From assembly GCA_035221665.1 (NCBI GenBank), contig CM069164.1, forward strand, positions 12,338,001 through 12,402,000: a DNA stretch of 64,000 nt, in the 5' to 3' direction. A program made the position numbers and the translations under genes. The notes under the pieces are model-generated. The model ran no database searches. It was not told where the DNA came from and worked only from the letters and a program-made list of their open reading frames with translations. The stretch is from Okamejei kenojei (taxonomy: Eukaryota). Below, one piece after another: positions 1 through 13,359 of this stretch (the stretch's first letter is position 1; the number at the start of each line of letters is the position of its first letter).

Positions 1-59
1 ACAGCAGAAGCCAGAGGTCCAACGCTCCCCGCATCAGGGGGCAGTGTCCTCCACTCCCC

Positions 60-950
60 ATCAGAGGCCATCAGTTCACCGCAGCCCCCATCAGGGACCA
101 GTGGTCCTCCACCCACAATCATGGGCCAACAGTCCACCATCAGAGACCAGTGGTCCTCCACCCACAATCATGGGCCAGCAGTCCACCACCCACCATCAGA
201 GACTAGTGATCCTCCACTTCCCAGTAGGGGCCAGAAGTTCACCACTCCCCCCGTCAGGGAACAATGGTCCTCTACCCACCATCATGGGCCAGTAGTCCAC
301 CACCCACCATCAGAGACCAGTGGTCCTCCACTCACCATCAGAGACCAGTGGTCCTCCACCCACCATCAGAGTCCAGTGGTCCTCCACCCACCATCAGAGA
401 CCAGTGGTCCTCCATCCACCATCAGAGACCAGTGGTCCTCCACCCACCATCAGAGACCAGTGGTCCTCCACCCACCATCAGAGACCAGTGGTCCTCCACC
501 CACCATCAGAGACCAGTGGTCCTCCACCCACCATCAGAGACCAGTGGTCCTCCACCCACCATCAGAGAACAGTGGTCCTCCATCCACCATCAGAGACCAG
601 TGGTCCTCCAGCCACCATCAGAGACCAGTGGTCCTCCACCCACCATCAGAGACCAGTGGTCCTCCACCCACCATCAGAGACCAGTGGTCCTCCATCCACC
701 ATGAGACCAGTGGTCCTCCACCCACCATCAGAGACCAGTGGTCCTCCACCCACCATCAGAGACCAGTGGTCCTCCACCCACCATCAGAGACCAGTGGTCC
801 TCCACCCACCATCAGAGACCAGTGGTCCTCCATCCACCATGAGACCAGTGGTCCTCCACCCACCATGAGACCAGTGGTCCTCCACCCACCATCAGAGACC
901 AGTGGTCCTCCACTTCCCAGTAGGGGCCAGAAGTTCACCACTCCCCCCCC
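60..950. repeat. 28-bp minisatellite (CACCATCAGAGACCAGTGGTCCTCCACC)n in MAP2K5 intron 1, about 21 well-conserved copies at ~305-905 plus degenerate copies upstream
   Basis: Period of 28 read directly (unit starts at 501 and 529). The ORF track shows the same 28-aa repeat in all three + frames. Some units are 26 bp (CCATGAGACC). Confidence 0.95.
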
Positions 951-1020
951 CCCCCCCCCCTCCCCAGCAGGAGCCGGTGGTCACTCCCTCTCCTTCCCCA
1001 CACCCACCCCACCTACCTAC

Positions 1021-1146
1021 CAGCACGTCTCTGAAGAGGAGCTGGGAGCCGGGCGGGATGCTCCAGTCCAGGTCGCCGCTCGCCACCTTGATGCGGATGA
1101 CGAGCTGCAGCCGCGTCTTGGGCTCCATCTCACGCGGCACGAGCAT
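1021..1146 (-). CDS. MAP2K5: MAP2K5 (MEK5) coding exon 1, start of the PB1 domain; gene continues beyond the left edge of the window
   Basis: MLVPREMEPKTRLQLVIRIKVASGDLDWSIPPGSQLLFRDVL resembles the recalled MEK5 N-terminus (LVIRIK...VDW...QLLFRDVL). It ends in a phase-0 donor CTG|GTAGGT, sits in a CpG island, and is syntenic with C15orf61 and IQCH. Confidence 0.92.
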
Positions 1147-1470
1147 CGCTGGCGCGCGGCCTCATCGTCCGCGACCAACGGCCGGCCGCTCCTCGCGCTG
1201 CCTCCTCGCGCATTCAACGCTCCGCTATCCCCGTCCCGCGCGCCCACCGTCAGCACTTCCACAAACGGAATGTCTGATTCTGATCAGCCGCGGCCGGTTT
1301 GATTTGGGCTTCTGCCGCCCTTATTCCCACCGATACCGTCCCTCCAGCTTGTAAATAAAAGGGAATGTCTGTCTAGAACCGCACCGGAACCAAAATGAGG
1401 GCAAGCGGAGATCACGCGATACGTAAGAGGAAACACGGCCTCCAGCTTGGCGGCCATCTTTGCTGACTGA
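1040..1470 (-). promoter_or_regulatory. CpG island / MAP2K5 promoter and 5'UTR, with a YY1-like site (AAGATGGCCGCC on the minus strand, 1449-1460) and an ETS-like CCGGAA (1385-1390)
   Basis: High GC and CpG density against an AT-rich background; motifs read directly. TSS not determined. Confidence 0.7.
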
Positions 1471-1477
1471 AGGTAGA

Positions 1478-1656
1478 GGTTGCCAACTCTGCAGGAGGAT
1501 TCAGGTATTATGATGGATACTGTCCATTTCGTTTACTAGGAGGTTCACCCCAAGGTTGATACATAAACATATTTGAAACTTCTTGTAAGTAGAGTTCACA
1601 AGTTGTTCACTAAGTGATGGCAGAAAATTTCAGACATCTGACTAAAGTTGGCAACC
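1478..1656. mobile_element. Possible degenerate MITE with 11-bp terminal inverted repeats GGTTGCCAACT...AGTTGGCAACC
   Basis: Perfect 11-bp inverted repeat at 1478-1488 and 1646-1656; no clear TSD. Confidence 0.35.
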
Positions 1657-2129
1657 ATCTGGAAGGATGGATGTCCTTACTTAAGAGTGTGCAGCATAGG
1701 ATCTTAAAATGGTTTTATTAAATATAATAATTTATTTTAACACCTCGGGGGCAGAGGAAACACGAATTTTATCTCCCCCCCCCCCCCCCCCCCATTTACC
1801 AGTGTGTGAACCAGGGTGTCTAAAGCAGTGTCCTGGGGAAAGAAGGTATGACGGATGGATACATTTTCCTGTGGCTTATGCATGACAGGGTATAAAGTAA
1901 ATTTTTTTTAAAAACTTATTTTCTCTGTTTGACTTTAATAGTATACATTTTAAGGGCTTATTTCTAAATAGCTACTGGTGAGTAGGAAGCTTGTAAATTA
2001 ATAAGAGTGCGGGGGCAATGCGTTCATGTTAGGGTGAATTTAGGAAACCCTGGATAATGAGATATATTGAGACTGGTCAGAGAAAAGAAGGAGACATACA
2101 TCAGATTTAGAGAGACAGGATCAAGTGAA

Positions 2130-2850
2130 TCTGTATGTGAGTGTGTAGGAATACACTTAAGAAGGCAATCAGGATGGCAAAAATAGGACATGAAATAGAG
2201 CTGACAGGCAAGGTTATGGGGGGAAGTTTTAGAGATGGGAGCTGCCAGGATTTGGATAAGCATGGAGTGATGAGAAATATTCGGCATGGGTTTGTACAGG
2301 GAAAATCATGTCTTGCAGATATGATAGATTTTTTTTGATACGGTTACCAAGAGGAGCAGTACCAATATGGACTTTAGCAAGGCCATTAACAGGTCTGGCA
2401 TGGTAGGCTAGTGCTGGAAGATGTTTTTTAAATTTAACAATATTTATTTATAAATGTAAATGGAAGGTGAGCTAGACAAATTAATTCAAAATTAGCTTGG
2501 AAGGAGTCAGAGGGTCGTTCTGGAGGGTTGTCTTTCTGATTGGAGGCCTGTGACTAGTGTGCTTCAGGGGTTTGTGCCGAGGCCACTGCTGTTTGTTATA
2601 TACATTAAAGATTTGGATGACAAAATAGTTAACATTGGTAGTAAATGTACAGATGACACCAAAATCAGTGGCATAATAGACAATGAGAAAGGATTTCCAA
2701 GTTTACAATAGTGTCTAGATTAGTTGGGAAGTTCAGCCAATAAATGGAAAATAAAATCTAACTCTGACAAGTATGAGGTGGTGCACTTTGGTTTGTCAAA
2801 CCAGGATATTGCACATACCCCCTGGAGGGCATTACAGAACAAATTGATAG
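2130..2850 (+). mobile_element. Degenerate CR1-clade LINE reverse-transcriptase fragment
   Basis: HGFVQGKSCL, DFSKA-like and ADDTK motifs (GCAGATGACACCAAA) with frameshifts. Confidence 0.8.
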
Positions 2851-4499
2851 GCAGATGATTGGACAAAGGCCAGAGATGGAATGGAATATAGGTGGAGAGG
2901 AGAAATGCGTACATGTCTGTGTGGGGAACTGTAAAGGGGGAAGGGGGGGGAGGGGTTACCTAAAATTGTAAAATTCAATTTTCATACCATTGGGTTGTAA
3001 GAGACACAAGCAGAATATGATATGTTGTACCTGTGCAGTTTGTGTGTGGCCTTGCACTGGCAGTGGAGGAGGCCCAGGACGGAAAGCTCAGTATGGGAAG
3101 AGGAGTTAAAATGGTGCAGGGAGCGCAAGTCTTCTGACTGCAGAATTTGCATTCTTCCATCCTGTCACACCTTTTGTCTTTTCATCTTGCCTTTCATCTT
3201 CCATGCTGTAAAATTCTATGATTATGTATATTTGTTGCCCAAAATTCTTGATTTCTTATATACTCAGCAGTTGAGTATTCATACCATGTCAACGTAGAGA
3301 ATTCTAAATGTTTATAACTCTGTCTACAAGTACATTTTGCCCTTTTCTTCAGTCCAAAAGTGCTGAAACCCTAGCACCTGGTTCCAGACCATCCATTTCG
3401 AGAAACATATCTCTGCATCTCAGTTTCAGTTTGTTTAGTTTGTCACGTGTACAAGGTACAGTGAAAGGTTTGTTGCGTGCAATCCAGTCAGCAGAAAGCA
3501 TGATTACAATCAAAGGTTTACAATGTATTAGAGTACAAGGGAATAACTGTTCTTGTTGGTCCTTGTCCGACTCATGTATATCTCAATGAGATTACCTCTT
3601 CCAAATGCCAGTGACAAGAGACCCAATCTTAATCAGTCTGTCCCCATAGGACAGCCCCACCATGTCAGGAACCAATCTCATGAATCATAGTAGCAACCAA
3701 TGTTATGACTAAGGTTCAGTGCCACTGAGCAAGTGTATCCTTTTGATACTGCAAAAAAGATTTCACTGAAGAACATAGTCTCAGCATGACTTCGTACTTT
3801 TGTACTCGAGCCCTTTTGCAATAAAACCCAATGCACCATTTGCTTTCTTAATTGCTTGTTGTAGTTCTACATTTACCTGCAGCATCTCATCAACATGCAC
3901 TCAGTACACCAATGTTTATTAGTTTCTTGCTGTTTTTCAGTTCTTCCTAATCTCACATTTCCCTACGTCTGTGCCAATCATGCCCATCTACTTAATCTGT
4001 GTTTCTTTGCAAATTCATTGTATCCTCTTCAGTTTATTCCCAGCTAGCTTCATATAATTTGCAAAAGTAAATATTGTACTTGGTCTTCTCATTTATGCAT
4101 GCACACATTGTTGTTATTTTAAAACCCAGATTGTGGTTATTGCCAGGATGTCAGCCCTGGTCTGATTTAAATGGTATATAAAATACTTATCCCAATAGAA
4201 CGATTTTTATGTTAATGTTTATACTATTCTGTTGAACTTTTAGAATTTTAAACATTTGATATTTTATGCTTTCTAACTTGATTAAAGTCAATCATCCAGC
4301 TTCATTTCTCAGTGCCTTCCAATGGCCCTTTAAATGTTCTATTTTTTTTCATTTAAAAAATGGATTTTAGACCATTTTCTGATGGGTGGGAAGGAATCCA
4401 AATGACAATATTCCTTTTGCTTAAAAATAAAGTTATAATCACTTTGTTTTTAGCGATTATCCTAAATCTGTTTACTCATTGCGGACTCTTAAACCTATA

Positions 4500-5990
4500 G
4501 TGTAGGATGGAACTGCAGATGGTGATTTAAATCGAAGATAGACACAAAATGCTGGAGTATCTCAGTGGGACAGGCGGAATGGGTGATATTTCAGGTTGAG
4601 ACCCTTCTTCATACTGATGTTAGGGGAGTTTTGGAGGTACATAGATATGGAAGTGGATAGAACAGGAAGTGTAAACAGGTCAAAGGGAATGAAAATGTGG
4701 AATAGATCATTATTAGTTGGGAGAAGATAACAACAAAGCAAACAGATAAAATGTAGTCGGAGACAGTATGACTGGTTGGGGAACTCGGAAGAGGGAGGGG
4801 ATGGAGAGAGAGGGAAAGCAAGGATTACTTGAAGTTGGAGAAGTCATTGGTCATACCGCTGGTGTGTAAGCTGCCCAAGCAAAATATGAGGTGCTGTTCC
4901 TCCAATGTGTGCTGACTATGTAGGAGGCCCAGGGCAGAAAGTTCAGTGTGGGAATGGGAGGGGGAGTAAAGTGTTTAGCGACTGGGAGATCAGGTTGGTT
5001 CAGGCGGTCTGAGCGGAGGTGTTCAGCGAAACGATCGATGAGCCTGCAGTTGGTCTCACTGATATACAGGAATCCACACCTGGATCAGCAGATGCAATAG
5101 ATGAGGTTGGAGGAGGTGCAAGTGAACTTCTGCCTCACCCGAAAAGACTGTCTGGGTCCTCGAACGGAGTTGAGGGGGGAGATATAGGGACAGGTGTTGC
5201 ATCCCCTGTGGTCGCAGGGGAAAGTACCTGGGGAGAGGTGGTTTGGGTGGGAAGAGACAAGTTGACTAGGAAATTGCAGAGGGAACGGTCTCTGCGGAAA
5301 GCGGTAAGGGCTGGAGATGGGAAGATGTGGCTAGTGGTGGGATCCCGTTGGAGGTGGCGAAAATGACGGCGGATTATGTGCTGTATGCAACGGCTGATGG
5401 AGTGGAAGGTGAGGGGCAGAGTCTATTTGAAATTCAGCAAGATTGCTGAACGGTTGAGGCCTTTGATAAGGTCCCACACAGTAGGTTACTTTGGAAGGTT
5501 AGGTCACATGGGATCCAGGGAGAACCCAATAACTGGATACATAATTGGCTTTATAGTAGGATGCAAAGGGCAATGGTAGATGGAATTCTCTGCCTCAGAG
5601 GGCGGTGGAAGCAGGTTCTCTGGATGCTTTCAAGAGAGACTTAAAAAATAGGGCTCTTAAAAATAGTGGAGTCGGGGGATATGGGGAGAAGGCAGGAACG
5701 GGGTACTGATTGGGGATGATCAGCCATGATCACATTGAATAGCGGTGCTGGCTTGAAGGGCCGAATGGCCTACTCCTGCCCCTATTGTCTATTGACAAGG
5801 GGGCCCTGTTATGAATGAGGGGAGGGGGAGTTAGAGTGGAACTGTGGGAAATCGAGGAGACCCTAGTTAGGGCCTCATCTATACTGGTAGAGGGGAGCCC
5901 ACGTTCTCTAAAAAATGAGGACATCTCTGATGACCTGGTATGGAACACCTCATCTTGGGCACAGATGCGGCGTATACGGTGGAGGTTTGG
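4500..5990 (-). mobile_element. Penelope-like element (pLTR plus GIY-YIG/RT remnant), interrupted by CR1 fragments at ~5420-5795
   Basis: pLTR motif GTGTAGG..GAACTGCAGATG.TG; minus-strand FHTRSSEMSSFFRERG motif; CR1 3' end inserted at ~5580-5795. Confidence 0.75.
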
Positions 5991-7281
5991 ATGATCCAGA
6001 CATTGTAACTCAAATCACGTTGAAACCTGTATTAGTATGGAATTTGGTTTATTTATTATGCTCTATTTGTACACCAGTATAATTTTTTTTTAAAGATTCA
6101 AAGCTTAAAACTTTAGAAGGGTGGGAAAAGGCTTTTTGCTTCTTAACCGCTGCGGGTAAAATGTACTGATTAATTCTGTTCGCATACTGATCTCGTGGCA
6201 CGATGGTTGCCAATGACTGCCGTATGTGCAATGTTCTTCAATCTCGGTACAGTAATGAACTCTTTTGTTTATGGTATCAACACTTTAAAAAAAAATGTGA
6301 GGGCAATTGATAAAGCATTTTGGACTAAACGATGTCACTCTACAAGTGGATGTTGCCAGTGGGTATAATAGCTAGTGCAGCGGTTGATTTAAATTGTACG
6401 AGACTTCATCAATATTCACTAAGATATTTGTGTTATTACAGAGGTGACAAGTTAAAGAATATATTTGACAGTGTTATTTGCTGTGACAAAAATGCAATTC
6501 AAATCATTATAACTGTTTCTCATAACTTTTTTCTTATTTCTTGCAATTGGATTTCATTTACTGAATTTAATATTTGTCCTTATTGGGGAAACTTTGAAAT
6601 ATTTGTACAATCACTCATTGTATTAGATTTTCTAATCAAATAATAAAAAAAAAAGAAGCACTCCATTCACAATAGTTTATATGCTATATTGAAAAGTAGG
6701 ATTTCTAAACTTAGGACACTGGTTTATACTCTATTTTACCCTTAATTGTGGTAATTGTACGGTGCTAATAGCCTTAAAAATATTTTTGCTTTGCCTTGAT
6801 TTTTTTTTTTTAAGTGAGTTATTTATTCAGGTTCTTTGCTGTTTGCCATTTCTTTGCTTAAACATACTAATCCCTTTGGCTTTCCTCCTTCCTGAAGACT
6901 TTTTTTCTAGTTACACCTATTTCATCTTGGGCTAAATAATTTCTTGTGATTAGTCCCAAGCCTTGTTAATTGTATCCTAGTCCTAGATTTCTGAAGCACT
7001 TTAAACCAGCCATATGAAATTTGGCAATTAATCATGTGTGTATCTTGTGTAATCTTCAGGCTCCAGTTAATAGTTTCTGATCTTTGGCATTGCATTTTCA
7101 CTGCTTTTCCACCTCATCTTCATAGAATGGGAAGAAGAATGCACACATGTCAATTTGTGTGTTGGTGGTGTGTGTCCTTCATGTTTCTCATGTGTGTTTG
7201 GTGAGGAGGAGTGAGTCGTGTGTATAAATGCTGCCACCTCAGTTGTCCCTGTCTGTGGGATTTCAAATGTTTCCTCATGAT

Positions 7282-7560
7282 GGGTGGCACAGTGGTGCAG
7301 CTGGTAGAGCCATTGTTTCACAGTTCCAATTACCTGGTTTTGATCCTTACCTCTGACAGTGTCCATGTGCAGAATTTGCACATTCTCCCCTGTGACCATA
7401 TTTCCATTGTGTGCTCCGGTTTCCTCCCACATTTTACACATGCAGGGTGGTAGGTTAATTACCCGCTGTAAATTGTGCCTAATTTGCAGTAGAATATGGG
7501 GTGAAATGAATATGGGAATTAAAACTAGATAGTTGACAGTCAGCAGAGACTGCTCCTAAA
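7282..7560 (+). mobile_element. HE1/V-SINE-type tRNA-derived SINE (diverged)
   Basis: tRNA-like head GGTGGCACAGTGGTGCAGCTGGTAGAG and V-core TTTGCACATTCTCCC..GTGACC..TGCTCCGGTTTCCTCCCAC. Confidence 0.8.
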
Positions 7561-10500
7561 CTCATTTTATATGGTCCTGCATACTGTATATCTTCTGAGT
7601 TCTGCATTATGCCTCTAAAATGTAGAATCTTGCATTGGATACATTAGCTGAGACAATATTTACATGTTTACCAAGATTGGTACCTGTGGGAGTAATTTGG
7701 ACTTTCAGCTCCTATCTGCAGCTATCAATCTGTCATCCAAGCATTTACTTTACATCTTGGAACATATTTCAGAGCCCATTATTTATTGCCCATTCAATTA
7801 TTCTTGAGCAGATGGTGATGGACCACCACCAGCCTTGTGTTGAAGGTATCTGCAATATGCTTTTGGGTAGGAGTTCTGGAACTGGGGTCCAACAGTGAAG
7901 AAAGAATGGCTCAGTATTTCCGAAGTTAGGATGGTGTTTGATATGAATGTGATTTTTCCAGTTTCTGCCTCACTTGTCCTTGGGTAGTAGAGATATTTGG
8001 ACTTAGGAGGTGCTGTTAAATAAATCTTGGTGGGTTACACAATGGCACAGTGCACGGATACATATTAGTTACAGTGCTGTAGTGATGAGTGAATGAAAAT
8101 TTAGAGTGCCGAATAGGACTGCCAGTCAAGGCGACAGCTTTGTCCTGGATGGTGTTGGAACCACAATCAAATAGGCACGTGAAGAATATTCTATCATTCT
8201 TGACTTTTTAATTTGTAGATGGTAGAAGCATTCTGGCCAGTTGAGTGGTGAATTACATGCTGTAAGATCCATATATTTGGCTGTAGGCATTCCTTCATAT
8301 TAACTAGGAAACTAATAAAACACATTTTCATTTAGTGCTTTGTCGAACCATATTTTGAATGAAATCTTTGCATAGAAAAGAGTCTAGAATTCAATGCAAT
8401 GTTGAGCTTTAATCCCAGGCTCCACAAAAGAAAGAAATGTGCCAGAGAATATTCAGCTGTCGTTAATAAAGCCTGATAAAAACATTGCGATATTGTTGTT
8501 TTCTCTCCCCTTTGCTCCCAGGAAGAAATAAAAGTGAAAAACACTCACAAGGAGCAATTTATGTAACAATTACAATCAAAGACTAATCACTAGGAATCTT
8601 AGTGTTTCTTTTTAAATTACTTCACTATTGGAACTATTCTGTGCAATTTGCATTTTAGTTGGAGCTGGTAATATTTTACGTAATGATTGTTTTAAACAGG
8701 CACTGCTAGTCTAAGCTGTTCCCTTGCTCTTTTTTGAAGTATTGAGGAACTTAATTCTTTCCTGAATGTATTTGCATTTGCACTATTGCCTTAATGCCAC
8801 TGTGTAGCGAAAGCCACTTTATACATAAATTGGTTGAGAATGAATTTGCTGCAAGGTATGAATTCTCAGTATAATTCTCTGTAGCTGTTGGAATTGCTTC
8901 GGAATCCTTGAAGAAACGCTGAACATTTAAATGTTTTTTTTTTCCCTGTGTTTCACTCACACTTTAACAAATGTTTAGACACCCAGGAGGACCTTGCAGA
9001 GATTCACCACTATATTGTCAATGCGATTGTGCAATTCAGTCTACACACCAAATTTTGTTTTTGAGGGTGATATGAAGCTAGAACCCATATTTCCTTTGAG
9101 AATGTTGTTCATTTTGAAAGCTCAGTGAATACATATTTTCAAGGTTTCAAGATCACTTTATTGTCACATGTACCAATTAAGGTACAGTGAAATTTGAGTA
9201 CTTTTGAAGTACTAAGATCAGATTGGATCCCTGTTTTATATTGCACTGATCTCTCAGGCTGCATTTGGAATAAAATGCTACATTTGCTCTGTGTAGGACA
9301 AAACTCAGTACAAATAATCCCTCTTCTGGATAGTTGTACCTACGGCACAAATAACTTTGCATAGATTGGTATCAATCCTTGAATATTAAGAATGTTGTTT
9401 TGGGCCTGATACACAAATTTAAAACACTCTGCTTGCATAGTTTCCAGTTCAAACGCATTTTCTTTACAACATGCAACACCTTCCTGAGATTGTTTTTAGG
9501 ACCTTTCTGTCAACCCAACCAGTTTGATTTGTACTCTGTTCATCTACCTAATTAATAGGTCTACTAACAAAGCTAACAGAATGTACTACCTTGGCACAGG
9601 AATAGGCCATCACAATCTCAGATATATATGCGCTCTTGTATTTGACATTTCCACGTTGGAGGAGGGGTGGGAGTGGGGAGTGGAGAGACCGTGACTAAAT
9701 ACTTATCCATGCCTCTCATAATTTTATAAACTTCAAGTTTGTCCAACGTGTTCTATAAGCTAGCTGTATCTTTGCCATCCTCCCAGTAATTTGGTAATCA
9801 GAACTGCACACAACGCTCCAAATGTGACCTAACTGAAAATGTAAACAGCTGCACCATGACTTGCCAATGTTAATATACTCATTGGCCTGACTGATAATGG
9901 CAGGTAATCAGCATGCTTTCTTCACCATCCTGTCTACTTGTATAGCAGCTTTCAGGGAGCAGTGGTCTCACTGGACCAGATAGGCTTCTGCAACAAGCTG
10001 ATTGTTTAATGAAGACCATTACTGATACTAGCTTTTAATTCCACCTTAATTACTTGAATTTAATTTCTCCAGTCCTTGGTGAGATTCCAACTCTTGTCAA
10101 TGCTCAATACAGCAGAATGTTAATCAGTGACTAAACCACTTTGCTACAGTACCCCTAACTTTAAAATGATACCCTCATATGCTGGATTGCCCTTTAGCTG
10201 AAATAACTATCTGAATTTTGGAATGATTTTAAATATCTCAATCAGATCACCCTTTAATCTTCCTTCATGCATCCACATTTCTTGGGTGTCTATATTCCTT
10301 ATTTTTAGTTTTGAGGGGAAAAAGTATTATGTTTGGTTTATTTAATAGTTTTTATGATCTATGCATACAAACTGAAATCCTTTATCCTATTGCTATTCAT
10401 TTACCATTAATAAAATACTTTGAAAAGCAGAAAGAAACTGCAGATAGTTGAAACATGAAATAAATATGAATGCCAGAAATACTTGGGTCAGGTCATAATT

Positions 10501-10949
10501 TCAGACATCCAGCATTTCTATTTTGTATCAGAACTGGACAGTTTTTCTTCCTCTGCATATGTTACTTGATCTCCTGAGCATTTCCAGTGTTTGCTGTGTT
10601 TTATATTCAGCATTGTTTAATTTCTCCCCTCAGTTCTCATTCATCTCCATTTTTTTCCATCTCCACACACACTAGCTCTGATTCAAAAGTCCTCATCAAC
10701 TTCTCGTAGCCAGCACCTTTACCACTTGTCATTGTCTTGATCCCCACCCTTTAAGATATATTCATTTGCTCACTGAACCACATCCCCTTCTCCACAACTT
10801 AAAAATTTTGAGTCTTAACGTAACCTGGTTCTGATGAAAAATCATCGATCTAAAATGTTAACTTATAAAATATCTGATTTATTTAGCATCTATCCAAAGT
10901 GAATGCCTTAATTCTCCACCACCCTCCCACTTACCAGTGAATACTATCC

Positions 10950-11935
10950 GACATAGAATGTAGAATAGTACAGCACACAAACAGGTCTTACGTTGCCTGT
11001 GCTGATCGTGCCAAATTAAATTAATCCCTTTTGCCTGCACATGTTACATATCCCTCCATTCCCTACACTTTCATGTGCCTTTCTACAAGTATTTTAAATA
11101 CCACTATCATATTTGCTTTCAACACCATCCCTAGCAGCATGTTCCTGGCACTTGCCATTCTGTGTAACAAAAACATGCATGTCTACTTTAATCTGTCCTG
11201 CTCTTATCTTACAGCTATACCCTCTAATACTTGACATTTCCACCCTGGGCAAAATGATTCTGACTGTCAACCCTAACTATGCCTCTCATAATTTTATAAA
11301 CTTCCATCAGGTCCCCCCCTCAACATTCGCTCCGCATAAAACAATCCAAGTTTGTCCAATCTCGCTTTATATTTAATGGCCTCTAACCCAGGCACCATCC
11401 TGATTAATTTCTACCTAGAGGCTGCAGAGAGTGATGGACCAGGCCCTGTTCCATTATGGATACAAGCTTACCCACAGATGAAAGAATCTACATGTGGCAT
11501 TGGCTCAAGAAGGCAGCATCAAGGATCCACACCAACCAGATGAGGCCCTCTTCTCACTGCTGCTTTCAGAGAGAGTACAGGGGCCTGGAGTTCTACAACA
11601 ACTGGTTCAGGAACAGTTATTTTCCTACAATTATAGGGTTATTGAACTGACTCGCACAACCCTAATCCTATCTCAGCAACAGAACTCTACCAATATTACC
11701 GAGTAGTATCGTACTACAATGCTCTTATCTTGTCTAATTATGTTTTGCACTGATATCTTGTACTTGTTTTCTGCATAGTTTTTCTTTCTTGTTCCTGTCT
11801 TGCAGAATTTAAATAATTTATAAATTATGTATAATTTGTTTTTGAGTGTCAGGTGAGTTTGTATGCCTATGATACTGCTGCAAGCAAGATTTTCATTGTA
11901 ACTGAACTTGTGCTTATGACAATAAACTCAACTCC
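10950..11935. mobile_element. CR1 3' fragment (minus, ~10950-11410) joined to a Rex1/Babar-like LINE 3' fragment (plus, ~11415-11935)
   Basis: CR1 tail ACATAGAATGTAGAA; LKKAAS and WFRNSYFP motifs; tail GACAATAAACTCAACTC. Confidence 0.6.
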
Positions 11936-13359
11936 ATATGAAAGAACGGAAGAGTGTGGCTAATTGGTTGTCTCTACCAAAGAACCAGCGCAATCATGAT
12001 GGGCATTGTCCTTCTAGGATGCATCAGTCCATGACTTTAATAAATGCAACATCGTTTCTGCATCTTTATTAATGAATTAACTAGTGATAACTAAAATGCA
12101 TTATGAAAAGCAAGTATGCAGCAAGGAACTACATAACATTTGATACAAATAATGAGATTCAGTTATATTCAATGAAACATTCAGATTGTGTAATTTGTAA
12201 TACCTTATTTACCATACATTCACTGAAATGCTAAGAACACAATTCCCAGCCTTTATTTCAAATGCTTTAAGAAAATGCCTCAAATATGAATTATGTTGCT
12301 CTGCTTTTAACAGTGCTGCCATGACAGCATGCTGTTTGTTTTTATTTGGTTTGTGACTTTAAACTATGCTCCTTCTCTGTCTTGCAAACACATTTTTAAA
12401 GATGCAAAAGTTACATGGCATAATGTTGTCAGTTCACAGTTACGAGATAAACGTAGCTGGATTCAGGCAACAGCGGCTTTGATTTACACTTAGTTTAAAG
12501 TTTTGCAAAGTACACTTGTCACCTATACAAAACTTGTAAGTATGGATATACTTTTAAACCAAGAGCTGGCATCATCTTGATGTTAGTTCATGATTTATAT
12601 TGTCTTTTTTTTTCCTTTTTAAATACATTGCTGTTCTGTTACAAGGAGCCTTGACCTTGCAACCAAATTCCTCAAGAATAAAACATTTTGATTGATGAGT
12701 CTGTGTAGTGGATACTGAAACCTGCTTGAGTTTGGGGAAGGTTATTTCCTTAAGGTTTGGAATTTGCAATATAATGCTGTTTTCAATATTTTGTGATATT
12801 TGTAGTTTTTGCAGCCCCGGACTATTTGAACACTGTCGCCAGACTGTATTACCACAACCAAACTAAGACACAATTAATGTATGTTCTGTAATTGCCCCAT
12901 TCTCTGTCTACATGTGTCTGACTTTTAACTCATTTAGCCAATTAGTCCAGTAATTTGATCTACCAAATAAAGTGTGTGGTCTAACTGGGTTAGCTAATTT
13001 ACTGAGGTAATTTTCTCAAGGTTAAGTATATTGAATATATAACACATAATTGTTTCAGTTCACAAAGCTTTAGGACTAACAATATCGTTTTGTTTGGTAT
13101 ACCTGTCAAAACTGAATGTTATTGTCTATTGTTATCTGGAGACATAAAAATACATTTTAAAAAAATGTTGTCCAGTCTTAAATGGTAAGTTTTCCATTCT
13201 TTTGGACCATTTCTCAAACTATTTTTCCAGAGGACACCTGTCAGGTGTAGAGTTCAAATTGTTCCAGCCCCAATCTCTGGCCTCATGCAAGATAACTCTT
13301 CATTATAACTCGCCCTTGAAAATTTAAGTTCACTATTGTACAACAGGAGACATCATAAT

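Noticed and set aside
300-905. CRISPR-like array (28-bp repeat with a palindromic core)
   Set aside because: Units are contiguous with no unique spacers, there are no cas genes, and the context is a vertebrate intron.
892-1020. Gly-rich C-terminal part of ORF 892-1146
   Set aside because: Read-through into intron 1 past the GT donor at 1020.
121-1302. 393-aa and other proline/serine-rich ORFs on the + strand
   Set aside because: They are a by-product of a stop-free 28-bp repeat and a GC-rich island; the same peptide appears in all three frames, antisense to the real MAP2K5 exon.
1776-1793. Long poly-C runs (also ~943-960 and 61441-61458)
   Set aside because: Simple homopolymers whose lengths are unreliable and which show no associated structure.
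7282-7360. tRNA-like sequences at SINE heads
   Set aside because: They are SINE promoter regions followed by V-core and LINE-derived tails, not complete cloverleaf tRNA genes.
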